This document shows positions 25,381 through 38,700 of a stretch of DNA of 64,000 nt, piece by piece. The notes under the pieces are model-generated. The model had not been told where the DNA came from. It made no database searches and saw only the letters and a program-made list of their open reading frames with translations. Numbering within the stretch: the stretch's first letter is position 1; the number at the start of each line of letters is the position of its first letter. The position numbers and the translations under genes were made by a program. This stretch comes from Cenococcum geophilum (taxonomy: Eukaryota): NCBI GenBank assembly GCA_050273025.1, contig CP158635.1:14260001-14324000 (forward strand), in the 5' to 3' direction.

Positions 25381-26264
25381 AATGAGAATTTGGACTCACG
25401 ACCATAGCATAGTAGCTTTGATGGAATCATGTCTAGACTGTAGTGTGGTATTCCCTCAATTTATTCTCCTGATAGTGTCACCTCTTACCGGTATAGACCT
25501 TGTTTTCAACTCGTTTTTCGTATTTGCACCTAGAATAGAATGTTCTCAGCCACGAATTTCCTTCGTTTGCCTCAGTGTATTGTATTTTCACTGGCCAGCT
25601 GCTAAGAAGCTCTCATACCCTGCTACTTCGGATTGAGATCAGTACCCGTATATTCTCCGTCACCAAAAACCCTCAGTTTCGAAGCCGTGGAACGCATGAA
25701 TCACTTCACTTGCAGAGGAAGAACAGGACGACATTCTAAGACGTCAATCAGTTTCGCCATGACTAATCGAATCAAAACATTAATAGTAGAACACAGAATA
25801 CTTTTTTCTCCCATTTCGCCACTCCCAGAAAAGCCTGAAAAAAACTCTACACCCCGAACCTCCAACCAAGGAATCTAAAAGTACAGTTTTCTTCGAACGG
25901 TTTCCGGTTACCAAACGGGAGAAAAAGGCTACCCTATTGCCCTGTGTGCGGGAATGCTAGACTAAAAACATGGCATAAGATCTGAAGGTATGTTTCCTAA
26001 ACCCATCCCTCCATCATTCCCAGACCTGCCGGGCATGTGAAAAGGGACGTTCCATCTTTTTCCTCCCGAAATGTGACGACAAGACGTAAGAAAATAAAGA
26101 ATGTCCCCCAATGCCTGCAGAGTAGGAAGATAGGATGTGCCCCCAACGTTGCTACATAAACTCTGGCGCGTGAAAAGCAGCAAAGTGAAAGAAAGGTTGA
26201 TTGACTAGCAAAGTTTAGCCAGAAGAAACCCCACCAGCGTGCTTTCAGGGGACTCGAGAGATAT

Positions 26265-27588
26265 CTAAGCAGTAGTCTCGGCAGGAGCGACCTCGGTACC
26301 CTCAGCGCCAGCCTCCTCTCCGCCCTCCATATGAGCATCGTCCTCCTTGCCAGGAGAATCGATGGCGACTTTAACGGCGATTTCGCGACCATCGACCTCC
26401 TTGCCGTTCATCTCGGCGCAAGCCTTCTGTTGCATTTCCTCCGAGGCTAGTGTAACGAAACCAAAACCACGACCCTTGCGCGGCTCGTTTCGCGCTTGAA
26501 GCTTCTTGACCATGAATCTTGGGATAGGGCGGAGAGCGATTTTGGCGGAGGATGGTTCGTAGTCTTTGAAGATTTCAAGAAGCTGCAAGGCTAGTTAGAG
26601 GACCGAATAATAAACGAAAACATCAAAGACGCATACCTTGTCCTCCTTCAGGTCGTAGGGCAAGTTGGCGACCATGACCTTAGTCTTGGAAGGAACACCA
26701 TCCTCTGGAGGACCACGCTGCTTGCGCTCCCGGGGCACATGGGGCTTTCCGGATTTAGTTGGGTGAGCCGTAGTAGTTACCTCAGCTCCCTTCTCAGCTG
26801 TAAACGCTTCGTTCGTAGTTTCGGTGAATGGGATAACTTGGGCCGGTACATTCGTTGGTGCGCTGTCAGCAGGGGTAGCAGCTTCACCCTCAGCGTTTTC
26901 GGCATGTTCGGCGCCCTCAGTGCTTTCCTTGTGCTAAGTGTGCATTAGATCATGTCACGAATGATTGCATGGGGAATAGAACGTACAGCACGCCCACCTC
27001 GTCCGGCGCGCCCACCGCGTCCTCTGCCACGTCCGCGGCCACGAGTAGACGCGCGACGGCGATACTCGGTTCCATTAGCGCCTTCTGCGCCACTACCAGC
27101 GCCCTCAGCATGTGCCTCAGGTTTGCGAGCAAGCTGAATAGAGACTTTGCGGTCAAGGATGGCTTTGCCGTTCAGCTCAACGATGGCACGCTCAGCCTCA
27201 GACGGTGTAGACAAGTCGACGAAAGCGTATCCGACGGGACGCGTTGTGCGAGGGTTAGTGGGGATCGAGGTGGACTCGCTATTCAGTGAAAATTAGCCCC
27301 TACGTCATAGACAGAAATTTAAGGCGTAGATGAGTGGGTACGCAGGTAGACTTACACCAGGTAGTCTTTGAAAAACTCCTTCAACTCCCCCTCGGTGGTC
27401 GCATACGCGAGGTTCCCAATATAGAGTCTCCTACCCTCAGCCGCACTGGCAATGACAGCCTCGTTCTCGGCTGCATTGGCGGGCTTGTCGCCTCCAGCGC
27501 CAACGTTGGCGCCTTCGGCTGTGCCGGTGGGCTCGTTGAGGGTGGTGTTTGCCATCTGGGCGGTAATGCTATCGACAGGAGCGGACAT
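26265..27588 (-). CDS. Two-RRM RNA-binding protein with an RGG linker (Sbp1/Rnp24-like architecture)
   Basis: Exons 27588-27356, 27278-26987, 26933-26637 and 26582-26265 splice in frame at GT..AG. RNP motifs LYIGNL/VGYAFVD and VMVANL/RGFGFVT; RGRGRGRGRGGR tract. Confidence 0.92.
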
Positions 27589-28246
27589 GATTATTTAAGT
27601 TTTGTGAATTTGATGACACGAGGTTGTTGCTTTGATAATAAAGTACTTCTGAAGTGAGGAAGTACCGGAAACCGTGCAGAAAAGTTGAGGAAACTTTGGT
27701 GTCCTGGTAGAGCCTGTTATGGTCTGCCTGTGAACAGTTTTTAGGTTGAGAAGATGGAAAATTGTCGAAACCGCCTGAGGTGGTGGAACTAGTTGACGAG
27801 AGGGAGTTGTAGTGGGTAGCTAGGTGCCCGAAGAGCGTGAAAGTGGTTCGAGATTGATGGGAGTTGGTTGAATCGTTCTGTTGTCTGTGAGTTGAACGGG
27901 AGACAGGAGAGGGAGAAGCTCAGAGCAAAAAATGTAAGGTGCGGCAGAGACGCTAAGCCCGATCTGGCGCCTTTAGCGGGCAAGGAGAGGGTGCGGCTCT
28001 TGAGGTGCTGCCAACGACTGCCCGGGTGAGGAAACGCTAGAAGCTCTGCAGAAGCCACCACCAACGCCAATCACCACAACATCCCACCGCGATGTGCGCC
28101 CGGCCTGCATGTTGATGCACTGGGAGCAATGGGGTTCTTTCAATCATCGAGTGCCCAGCCAGCCTTTGTATCCCCGAGGCATAGCAGGCAGAGCTGAGCT
28201 GGACCCGGCCAGACTCAGCTGTCGCGTGCAAGCGGGATCTACCACG

Positions 28247-30875
28247 ATGGAAGGGACTCCGCTCTCTCTAGAAAGAGCTACCAGCGACATCATTCCATCT
28301 TCTGCAGACATTGCCGCTAGCGAGGGCATGTCACTCTCTACAGGAGTTATCAGCGAGGGTGTCAAGCAACTTAAGCAAGAGGCCACCGGGGAGGTTACCC
28401 AATCTCTTGTACAAAGACTCGTTCGAAACACCCTGTCATCTGCCGAAACCATTAAAAGTATTCCATCTTCTCTAGAAGCTACCAGCCAGTGTACTCAGGA
28501 TGTTCTTTCTAGCCGGACAGCCCTCGTGCTCTACGGCTCTGAAACAGGCAACTCCCAAGATGTAGCGGAGGAGATGGGACGCCTAACGGAACGGCTCCGT
28601 TTCAATACTCAAGTCTCTGAATTGAACTCTGTCACTGTTGTATGTAGTTGTTTGTGCAGTTTCAATGCGGATTTAATCCCGCTAAGCGCTGACACTGATA
28701 TGCTGTCAGAGACAACTCCTCCTGCCTTCTGTTGTCCTCATAGCCATCTCCACTACTGGACAAGGAGATCTGCCAGCCAATGCTCAAGCGTTCTGGAAAA
28801 TGCTGAGGAGTGTACGCCTACGGCTAGGATGCTTGCATTCCGTGCGATTTACATCCTTTGGCCTTGGCGACACTTCATATCCAAAGTGAGCTTACATGGT
28901 AGGCTCTTTCAAAGAAGAGAACTAATACATAACAAGGTTCAATTGGGCTCATCGAAAACTTTACAATCGTCTCGTCCAGCTTGGGGCGCAGCCAATCTGC
29001 GATCGTGGCGAGGCTGATGATCAACATCCTGAAGGGTTGGTGCCTCTCTAATTTCTTATCCTGCGCATAATTTCGTTGTGCCTCTGACTAACTAGGCTGT
29101 GCACTTGAAGAGTGGACGGCAGCTTTCTGCCCTGGTCGATCAAACTTCGTCAACGGCTGCTGGAAGAATATCCTCTTCCAGATGGTATTGAAACGATTCG
29201 GGATGATGTCTTGCTGGAACCGAAATGGATTCTTGATTTTGCTAACGTTGAGGCGATAAGTGCTTCGACGAAAATTTCCCAGAACGGTAAAAGGATATTG
29301 GACTTAGAGAACTCAATCGACCACTCTGACCTTCAACCCGAATCACCAGACATCCCCCCTGAAGACCTACTCGCGATATCGGGCAGTTTGACGGCAACTG
29401 TGGTCTCAAACACCCGCCTTACCCCCCCAACGCACTGGCAGGATGTTCGACATCTCACGCTCACCGCCACCTCACAGCATTTATATTGCCCAGGGGACAC
29501 CCTCACGGTCTACCCGAAGAATTTCCCCTCCGATGTCACCCAGTTTCTCAAAATTATGAATTGGCTCCCTATCGCTGATAGCCCTTTAAAATTCATCCCT
29601 ACCTCTTCCGTGGCATTGTCATCCCATACCTCCTCTCCATTGCATAACCCGCCCTCCCCATCTGATCTAACTCTCCGCAAATTACTCACAAATTACCTCG
29701 ACATTATATCTATCCCTCGTCGTTCCTTCTTTTCTCAACTCGCACATTTTACTGACGACCCTTTCCACCGTGAGCGTCTCCTAGAGTTTACCAACCCAGA
29801 GTATATTGACGAGCTCTATGACTATACAACGCGGCCGCGACGAAGTATCCTGGAGGTGTTACAAGAGTTCGAAAGTGTGCACATTCCTTGGCAGCACGTG
29901 TGCTCCATCATACCCTTTATGCGAGGAAGGCAGTTTAGCATTGCCAGTGGGGGAAGACTAAAGACGGTTGAATATGCGCTGACAAAATTGTCGGCAATAC
30001 GAAATAGCCAAGAAGCTGCTCCAATAAAGGAATTACATGGAAAGAGATCAGGATCCCAGAAAGACCACACCCGCTTCGAACTACTTATTGCTATAGTAAA
30101 GTACCGCACCGTCATCAAGCGCATTCGGCAGGGGGTCTGCACCCGTTACATCGCCTCTTTACAACCCGGCCAACAGCTTAGCGTTACTCTCCAAAAAGGC
30201 GCGCTTGGCATATCCAAAACGGAGTCGGACAAGCCTGTGATCATGGTTGGGCCAGGAACGGGTGTTGCTCCAATGAGGGCACTAATCTACGAGCGGCTGG
30301 TTTGGCAGAAAGAAACAATGCAAGAATCAACCAGCGGTCAAAAAGGAGGGGACACCCAGATGAGAGAACTCAAAGGTAATACAAGACCGACAGATATGTT
30401 GTTCTTTGGATGCCGGAACTCACAAGCAGATTTCTTCTTTAAACAAGAATGGGAAACCCTGAAGAAAGAAAAGGTGATGCTAGATGTGTTCCCCGCATTT
30501 TCGAGAGACCAAGTAAGATGTCTCTTCCGCGATTCTACTAGTAGTTAGAAATTTTCTAATTCCAAGTACAGAAAAATAAATTGTATGTCCAAGATCTCAT
30601 TCGCAGTCATGCGGGTAGAGTATACGAGGTACTCGCCGTCCAGAATGGGTTGATATATATTTGCGGGTACACGTTGCCTTTTCCTACAGCTTCTCTTGTC
30701 CATTCAGTGTAAACTGACTTCCTCGTACTTCAGTTCCTCAGGCAAGATGCCTCAGGCAGTCCGCGAATCTCTCATTGAAGTCTTCCAGCAGCAGGGCAAT
30801 ATAAACCATGATGACGCAGAAGCCTACCTGATAGCCATGGAGAAGACTGGGCGATATAAGCAGGAGACTTGGTAG
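28247..30875 (+). CDS. TAH18: NADPH-dependent diflavin oxidoreductase 1 (cytosolic Fe-S assembly)
   Basis: Flavodoxin motifs LYGSETGNSQDVAE, STTGQGDLP and FGLGDTSYP; FAD/NADPH motifs GRQFSIAS, GVCTRY, GPGTGVAPMR, FFGCR, AFSRDQ, YVQD, ICGSSGKMP and terminal YKQETW*. About 5 introns. The start codon is inferred. Confidence 0.93.
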
Positions 30876-31889
30876 TTCTTATTACTACTGCTTGTAAAGT
30901 TCATTTTCGTCACTTTTGGGATAGGGGAGAGAGCCTAGACTTGGCATTAGAAAAGACAAGAAAATAGAAATGAAGGAAACCGATTTTGACTTAGGGACTG
31001 TTCGGTTGTAAATTTTAGCTCCAGATCAGATTGATTCCAGAGGCTTCAGATAGATTCTGATCTGATTCTGAGGCGATTGTTCGGTCGAACTCCTCAGAAT
31101 CAAAACACAGCCACAATAATTTTGATGTTCCTCTGACCGCCCAAAAACACGCTAAAAGCTTGGCAACTTTACCGTATACAGCTTCTGAAATGGAGCTCTT
31201 AGCGTCATCTATCTCTCGCACGGCACGAACAGGTCATAGTCCATTTCAAATATATCGATTGTGGGGGGTGCAGGCCTATAGGGCGGGATCCAGGCGATAT
31301 CCTAGCGTTTATAAGGCTTTTTAGGCCTAAACTTCGGAGATCTGGCCTGAATCCTACCCGGTGCCCCTAATGGGATAGCCCGCCGCTAGACCTAAATAGG
31401 ACTGCAAGTAACTAATCTAATGTACATCGTAAGGGAGGTGGGTGGGTGAAAAGAACGACCTATTAAGTGCAGTTGTAAGCGATGATGTTGTTAACTGTGT
31501 TGAACATCTAGTTAAATACCTGAGTTGCAGGGTTTTCGGCCAAGCAATGTATAGACACGTAATATCTATCTCTTGCACGGTATAAATAGGTTATAATCCA
31601 TTTCAAATATATCGATTGTGGGGGGTGTAGGCCTATAGGGTGGGATCTAGGCGATATCCTAGCGTTTATAAGGCTTTTTAGGCCTAAACTTTGGAGATCT
31701 GGCCTGAATCCTACCCGGTGCCTACTAGCGAAGCGCCTACTACCTATAAAGAATTAAGTTAAAAACGGGAGCGATTTCTGTAGTATAAACTATGTGATGA
31801 AATTAAGACATTGTGTAAGGAAAGAAGGTAAGGAAATAGGAAGAATGGATATATATTGTTAACTTGGTTGCTTAGTTAACCATAGTCCT

Positions 31890-32220
31890 GGTAGAGTTTG
31901 GCAGACTTAGCAGAATTTGGCAGAATTTGGTAGCTTTAGTAGAATTTTGCAGAATTTGGCAGACTTGGTAGAATTTGGCAGAATTTGGCAGCTTTAGTAG
32001 AATTTTGCAGAATTCGGCAGACTTGGCAGAATTCGGTAGAATTTGGTAGACTTGGCAGAATTAGGCAGAGTTTAGTAGAATTTGGCAGACTTAATAGAAC
32101 TTAGCAGAGGTTACGGATATTGCTAATATTACGGATATTGTGAATATAGGACAATTTTGTGGTAGTAGGCAGAATATAGCAGAATATAGTAGAATGCGGC
32201 AGATTGCGGTAGAATGCAGT
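31890..32220. repeat. Degenerate 9-10-bp minisatellite (GGCAGAATTT / GGCAGACTT) in the Ngaro 3' non-coding region
   Basis: More than 20 tandem degenerate copies at 31890-32110, decaying to GCAGAAT units. Confidence 0.85.
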
Positions 32221-32766
32221 AGGTAGTATATATAAGGTATTATGGGGTAGTCCCGTAATAGAAAGTATAGAGTCCCTATATTAGGCTTCCCTAGCTAGTA
32301 TAGGCATACTCCGCTAGAAATGCGAGTTTAATTAAAGTTGTTTGGTTTCTAAGGTATTATAGTAAAGTTTTACTATATCTAATGTCTATTGACCTAACTA
32401 TACCGTTTATAACTCTATAGAGCTATAGTTATATATATACTGCGCTACACCCCTATAGAAGGAGTAGTTAGAGTAGCTATTAGGTAGGATACCGCTAGCG
32501 GCTAGGCGGGTTAATAGAATCTTGCGCACTACTAGCGCCGAAAATACTTTATTATTAACGCTAAATAATAGATCTAATAGAGGCTAGGGGTTACGGTTAA
32601 ATAACTATATTATCGCGGCTATAGGGTATAGACAATCTCCTAGTATAGCGGTGATTTAGATATTAACGCCACTATAGGTTTTGTCTAACTTGCTCTATTT
32701 TAGGTAAAAGACTATTAAATAGCTGTTAGGGGCGATCCTAATATCCTTATAGAGGGCCCTTATAGT

Positions 32767-35700
32767 TATAACGGAACCTTATAGCAGAAACTACGATGGG
32801 CTCGTTAATAGGCTAGGTGTATAGGAAATGCAAGTATAAAAGTCAACAACGAATAATAACTGGTAGAGTGGTTGCCTAATAGATTAACTCTAATTGTATT
32901 CTAAGAATTACTATAAGGAAGGAACTATCTAGGTAGGGACTAAGGGTCCTTAAATATATAACCATACTCCTATAAAATCCTTCTTATACGTAATATATAT
33001 ATACTCTATCTGCTCTATTATAGATTATATAAATCGTATAGATTATATAGATTACCCTACGTAACCTTAGCTACTATTCCTCGTTATATAGTTCTATTAG
33101 TTCCGTCCTAGACTGTGCCTAAATTAACTAACTAGCTTCTTTCAACTCTTCTCCTAGTAGTCGTAATATTGTACTTAAAGCGTCCGTAACACCATCTCCC
33201 TCCTCTTTATCTTTATCCTTAAAGATTTAAAATATCTCTAAGTTATTTACTAGAGGTATAATATCCGTCTAATTAATTTGGTTAATATTATTGCTTATTA
33301 TACCTAAAGCAATTTCTTTGTCCTTAACTGCTCGTCGTACTCGCACTGTCGCTGCGATACTATCTCTTAGTAAGATTATACCGTCTCTGTGTTCTTATTA
33401 TTTAAAAAAGGGGTTGGTTTATATTGCGTTGGCAAACCCATCTTTATAACAACCGTCCTCTTACTTAGAGTGCACTAAAGCGAATATTTGTTTGTCTTGT
33501 GACGTTCGCTCTATCTTTAATGCTAAATATACGCAACCTATTACTCTTAATAGTCGTCTGGTTCCCTAATTGATTTATCTTAGGGTTTTATATTTAATCT
33601 ACTACTACGCAGCTAGATAATAAACTATCTATTGCTTTAGCGGAACTGCGCCGTTCTTATAATACTAAACAAGAGGCTGCCGATGCTTAATAACAGGCCC
33701 TAGAATCTCGTCTCGCGGTATCTACTTAATTAATCCGTCTTAAGAAGGTGCGTAAGAAGGTTTGTTTTAAGGAGTGGAAACTTATAGAATAAGGTTTATA
33801 GGAACTTAGTAATAAAAGAATAGATTCTCCTCCAATAGAGAACGAAACAGATCTAAGTAGTTTGGCAACTACTCTTCTTAGGTCCCCCTTAGGTAACTTA
33901 TTCTTTAGCAATCCTTCTTTATTAATACTGCCTAACCTAATCTTTTTTAATACTCCTATACCTTTCCTATAACGTTCTTTAAATTTTCTAGTGGCTCCTA
34001 GGTAGTCTTATTATAGCCTATCTACTTAACCTTATACTATATTTTATTATTAATGTCCTTATAACTAATAATCTTTAAAACTTGCTATTTGTCTTCCTCT
34101 TATCCTCTATACGTATTTGCTTTATAAACTAATAACTTAATATTCTTATATACTAGCTCTAGCATTATAATATGCTATATAGGGTAGATCTTTATTTTAG
34201 TTGGTAGGTTTAACTTAAACGTAACCGGTAAAATCCTTTACGTAATTTTAAAAGGTCCTAGTCTAATATAGTCTAACTTCTTACTTAGTTATCTACTTTT
34301 AAAATTTTTATATAGTAGCTATACTTTATCTCCCTCCTTAAGATCTGGTCCCTTAGGTCTCTTAGTATTATAGTACCTTTTTATTCTCTCTTATACTTTC
34401 TTTACTAATTCTATAAGGTCTATATAAAGATTTATTAACGTCTTTATCCTTTCTTTGGCTATGCTACTCGTTTTTTTCGCTTACCGTAGTAATAACAATG
34501 TTCTTAGCTTATATCTATAATTTACCTTAAATAGTAATATGCCTATTTCTTTTTAAGGTGTTATATTATATACAAACTGTATAACTAATAATAGCAATAC
34601 CCAATTATTCTATACATAATTAATATAATGCCTTAGATACTGCTCTAATGTCTAATTTAGTCTTTCCGTTTAACCGTCTATCTATAAATAATATACAGTG
34701 GAAGTTGCTGCTTAAACTCCTTACTCCGCTAAGAATATCTCCCAGAATGCTGCTATAAATCTTAGATCTCTATCCAATATAATCTTACTTAGTGCTCTAT
34801 ATCTTATAAACACTTCCTTAATATAGATTCTAGCGATATCTTCCGCTAAGATTTCTTCCGTATATACTATAAAGTATCCCTATTTTATAAGCTTATTTAC
34901 TATTACTAAGATCACATCGTAATCTTATCCGGTAATAGGATTTTTTAACTTTAGTAACTTAATAATAAAGTCCTATAATATAACCTCCTATAGTCTCTTT
35001 AGTGTTTTAATAGGTTATAGCCCTCTATATAGCTTATGCCTTATTAGTTTATTCCTTTAGTAATCTAGATACTCTCTAGTAACCCTTTTAGCTATCCTTT
35101 AGATTCTATTAATAATATACTCCTTTTAGAGTCTCAACACTAAGCCTATAGCTCTATTATATCCTTAAGTTAGTCCCTTATAGAAGTCCTCTATAAACTG
35201 CTCTGCTATGCTTCTTAGGATATACTTTACTTCTTAGTTTTTATATATATCCGTTTATAGATCTTCTAGCTATGCTTTTAGAATTCTTTATACCTAAAAG
35301 CTTTCCGGTATCTTATAAACCTTATCTAGTTCTTCTTAAGTTGCTATAATCTTTAGATAATTATACCTAATTAATCTATTTATATCTTTTCGCAATAAAG
35401 CCCCTAATGGCTTCTTATTATTCTGTAGTTTAGCTTTACAGCTTAAAGCATCCGCTCTTGTGTTGTCTATACCCTTAGTATACTAAATCTTAAAATGGTA
35501 TTCTATAAGCATCTCTACCCATCTAACCTATCTTTAGTTAAGTTCCTTTATTATTAGGAATCCTATTAGGTTCTTATAATCCGTCTTAACTATAAATAGT
35601 TCCTCCATACCTTATAAGAATGCTCTCTATTTTTTTAATGCTGTAACTATACCTAATAACTCCTTATTATAGATGTTATAGTTTAACTCTAGTAGTATTA

Positions 35701-38700
35701 TCTTTTAACTATAGTACGCCACTGGGTGCCATTTATCTTAATATTTCTGTATAAAGTATACCCCTAGTATATAGTCTAATGTATTTGTTTCTATAACCGT
35801 CTCTAGTCTTAGTTAATAGATTTTAAGAACTAGCTCCTGGGTAAACAACTCTTTAACTTTCTTAAAGAGTTCTCTCTGTTCCTCTCCCTATGCCCATAGT
35901 TCTTCTTTCTTTATTAACTGCGTAAATAGCTTAATGTCCTTTAACCATTGCGCTATAAACCTTCTATAGTAATTGTAAAACCCTAGAAACGATCTTAATT
36001 GCGTAACGTTCTCTAGTTTTTACTAATTTACTATAACCTCAATCTTCTTTAGATCTATACTAAGTTGGCCTAGTTTAATAATAAATCTAATAAAATAGGT
36101 CTTCCTAGTAAAGAACTCGCATTTCTTAATTATTACTAGCATTTATTCTTCTTATAGTCTCCTTAAGACCTATTTAACGTATTCCCCGTGTTCTTCCTTA
36201 GTTATTAAGTAGATAATAATATCGTTGAGGTATGCTATAATAAATTTATCTAAGTATTCTCCTAATATATTGTTAATACGCTTCTAAAATATTGCTAGTG
36301 CGTTTATAAGCCCGAATTACATAACTAATAGTTTATATAGTTCTTCCTTTAACCTAAAGGCTGCCTTCTATTCGTTGCCTTTCTTAATCCTGATCTAATG
36401 GTACGCCTATCTTAGATCTATCTTTGTAAAGATTTACGCGTTGCCTATCCTGTCTTAGATTTCACTAATTAAGGGTAAAGGATACCTATCCTTCCTAGTA
36501 ATGCTATTTAATTATCTATAGTCGATATACAGCCTTAGTTTACTATTCTTTTTTAGTACAAATAGTACTAGATATCCCACTAATAACTGCGATGGTCTAA
36601 TGTATCCCTTTTATAGGTTTTCCTAGATAAACTCTTTTAATGCTCTACCTTCCTCTTTAGTAAGCTTATAGGTTAAAAAGAACTTTAAACTTATTTCTAG
36701 TTCTAACTCTATTTTATAGTCCCATGCTATATACTCTAATAGCTTTTTACTTTCCGGTGACTATAGTTTCTTGCTATACTTATAATATCTTTTTGGTACG
36801 TAACTTAGTCCTTTCTCTATTTCTTTATAGGTTGCCCCTACTTAGTACTATACCATCTTAGCTTATTATTATAACTTACGGCGTTAAGTATCCCTAATAT
36901 TGACCTAACCTATAATCTAATTAATCTTTAGATTGTATTCCTGTAACTAAGGCATGCCTAATACTGCCTCGTCCCGTCCTAATGGTAGGATATTAAAAGA
37001 TATCTCGATTTATTTTCCTTTAATAGTTATCTAAATAGGTCCTATTTTAAGATTAATAATCCCTCCTCTATAGGCTATTGGATCTCCTAAAATTGTTACT
37101 AATAAGTAAGGTTCCTCCTTCTGTCTATAAGGTAGTCCTATTCTCTTAACTACTGCTAGTAAGATATGGTTCCGCGTTACTCTACTATCTATTAGCGCCT
37201 CAAACTGCTAATCTTGCTATTTAACTCGTAAATTTAGGTGTTATTCTTAAATTCCTTTAAGGGTCTAAGGCTCTACCACTAGCTCCCTTTAGTCCCGTAG
37301 GCCTCTACTTTTTCTAACTATTAGCTGCTTAATCCTATTACACTTAGCTTGCTCTTTAGCTAATACTTAGTTCGCTTTTTGTCTTTAATATACTATAGAT
37401 ACATATTCTTTAGGCATTCCCACTACTATTATCCGTCTAAGTATTCTTCTATAAGAAATCTTTCTGGTTAAAGTACTACACTTCCTTCCTCTTAAACTTC
37501 TGCTGGATGCCATCTATGTATATATTTAGCATTCCTATACTATCGCTTATCTGTTATCTAGTACATTCTTATAGGGTATTTCTAATTCTTTTCTTTTAGA
37601 TTCTTATGCGTCTTATATATATTGTTTATATACGCGATCCATAATAACGTGTGGTGTGCTAGGTGCTTTAAGTTAACTCTTAACTTATCTTTGTCTTTAA
37701 GTTTAAACCTTTATTATGCTAATCTAAACGTTGTAACTTTATTTATAGGTATTAAGATGCGTCGCTCGCTTTTCTAGTCCTCTAATTATTCCTTTAGATC
37801 CTTTAACGTTATAATTAAGGCTCCTTTAATATGCGTTATAGCCTTCTCTATAATTGGGTGGTTTTAGATAACTTTTTTATCTAACTATATATAGAAATCT
37901 TCCCACTTATTATTGTGCCTTTACCTATACTACTTTTGGTATAGCTATTAGAGTGTATATAGCTTGTCCGTAAGGAAGTATCTTCTTATTACTATATTAT
38001 AATAGCCCTTTATATATCGTTCTTTGAACCTAGTTAGAATCCCTAAATCCTCTTTATTTTCTAGTTTAGTAAGCCACTTAGCTCTTAGTGTGCCTACCCT
38101 AGGCCTATTAGTAATTCTTTATACTAGCGCTTTGTCCTTTATACGTCCTAATATACTAGATCTCTTATTTAGTTTCTGTTCTTGCTATGCGATAATTCTT
38201 TACCTAAACTCTTCTATGGTTTCTTTTGGTTTGCGTCTCACGCTTTAATCCTTAAAGTTCTCTTACTTCTTAATCTTAGTATTAACTTTTTAATCTTTAG
38301 TCCGAACAACGTGTTTTACTAGTAAATCTTCTAGGTTTATATACTTGTTTTTTAGTCTAATTGCTATTTGTGCCGCAGATTCTCTAATCTATAAAGAAGC
38401 TCCTTACCTCTTGCTTATAGGTGTCCTAATTTATACTCTAAATTCTTAATCCCTTAGATTCTTTAATCCTAAGCTTGCTTCTAGCTTAAGCTTAGCTCTA
38501 GCCTTAGTCTAACTAGGCTTACTTAGTATTCTTATCTTATCTTAAGAGTCTTAAATCTCACTTATCTTGTCTTAAGAGTCTTATGCCTTTAGGAAACTTC
38601 GTCTTAAGCTTATTTATATATTACTGAACTAAGCTATTACTCTACTCTATCAGTTATTATCCGTTATAGGTCCTTAAGCTTGCCTTATTTTATCTTAAAA

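Noticed and set aside
28094..29017. 307-aa ORF as a separate gene
   Set aside because: It is TAH18 exon 1 reading through an intron into an off-frame exon.
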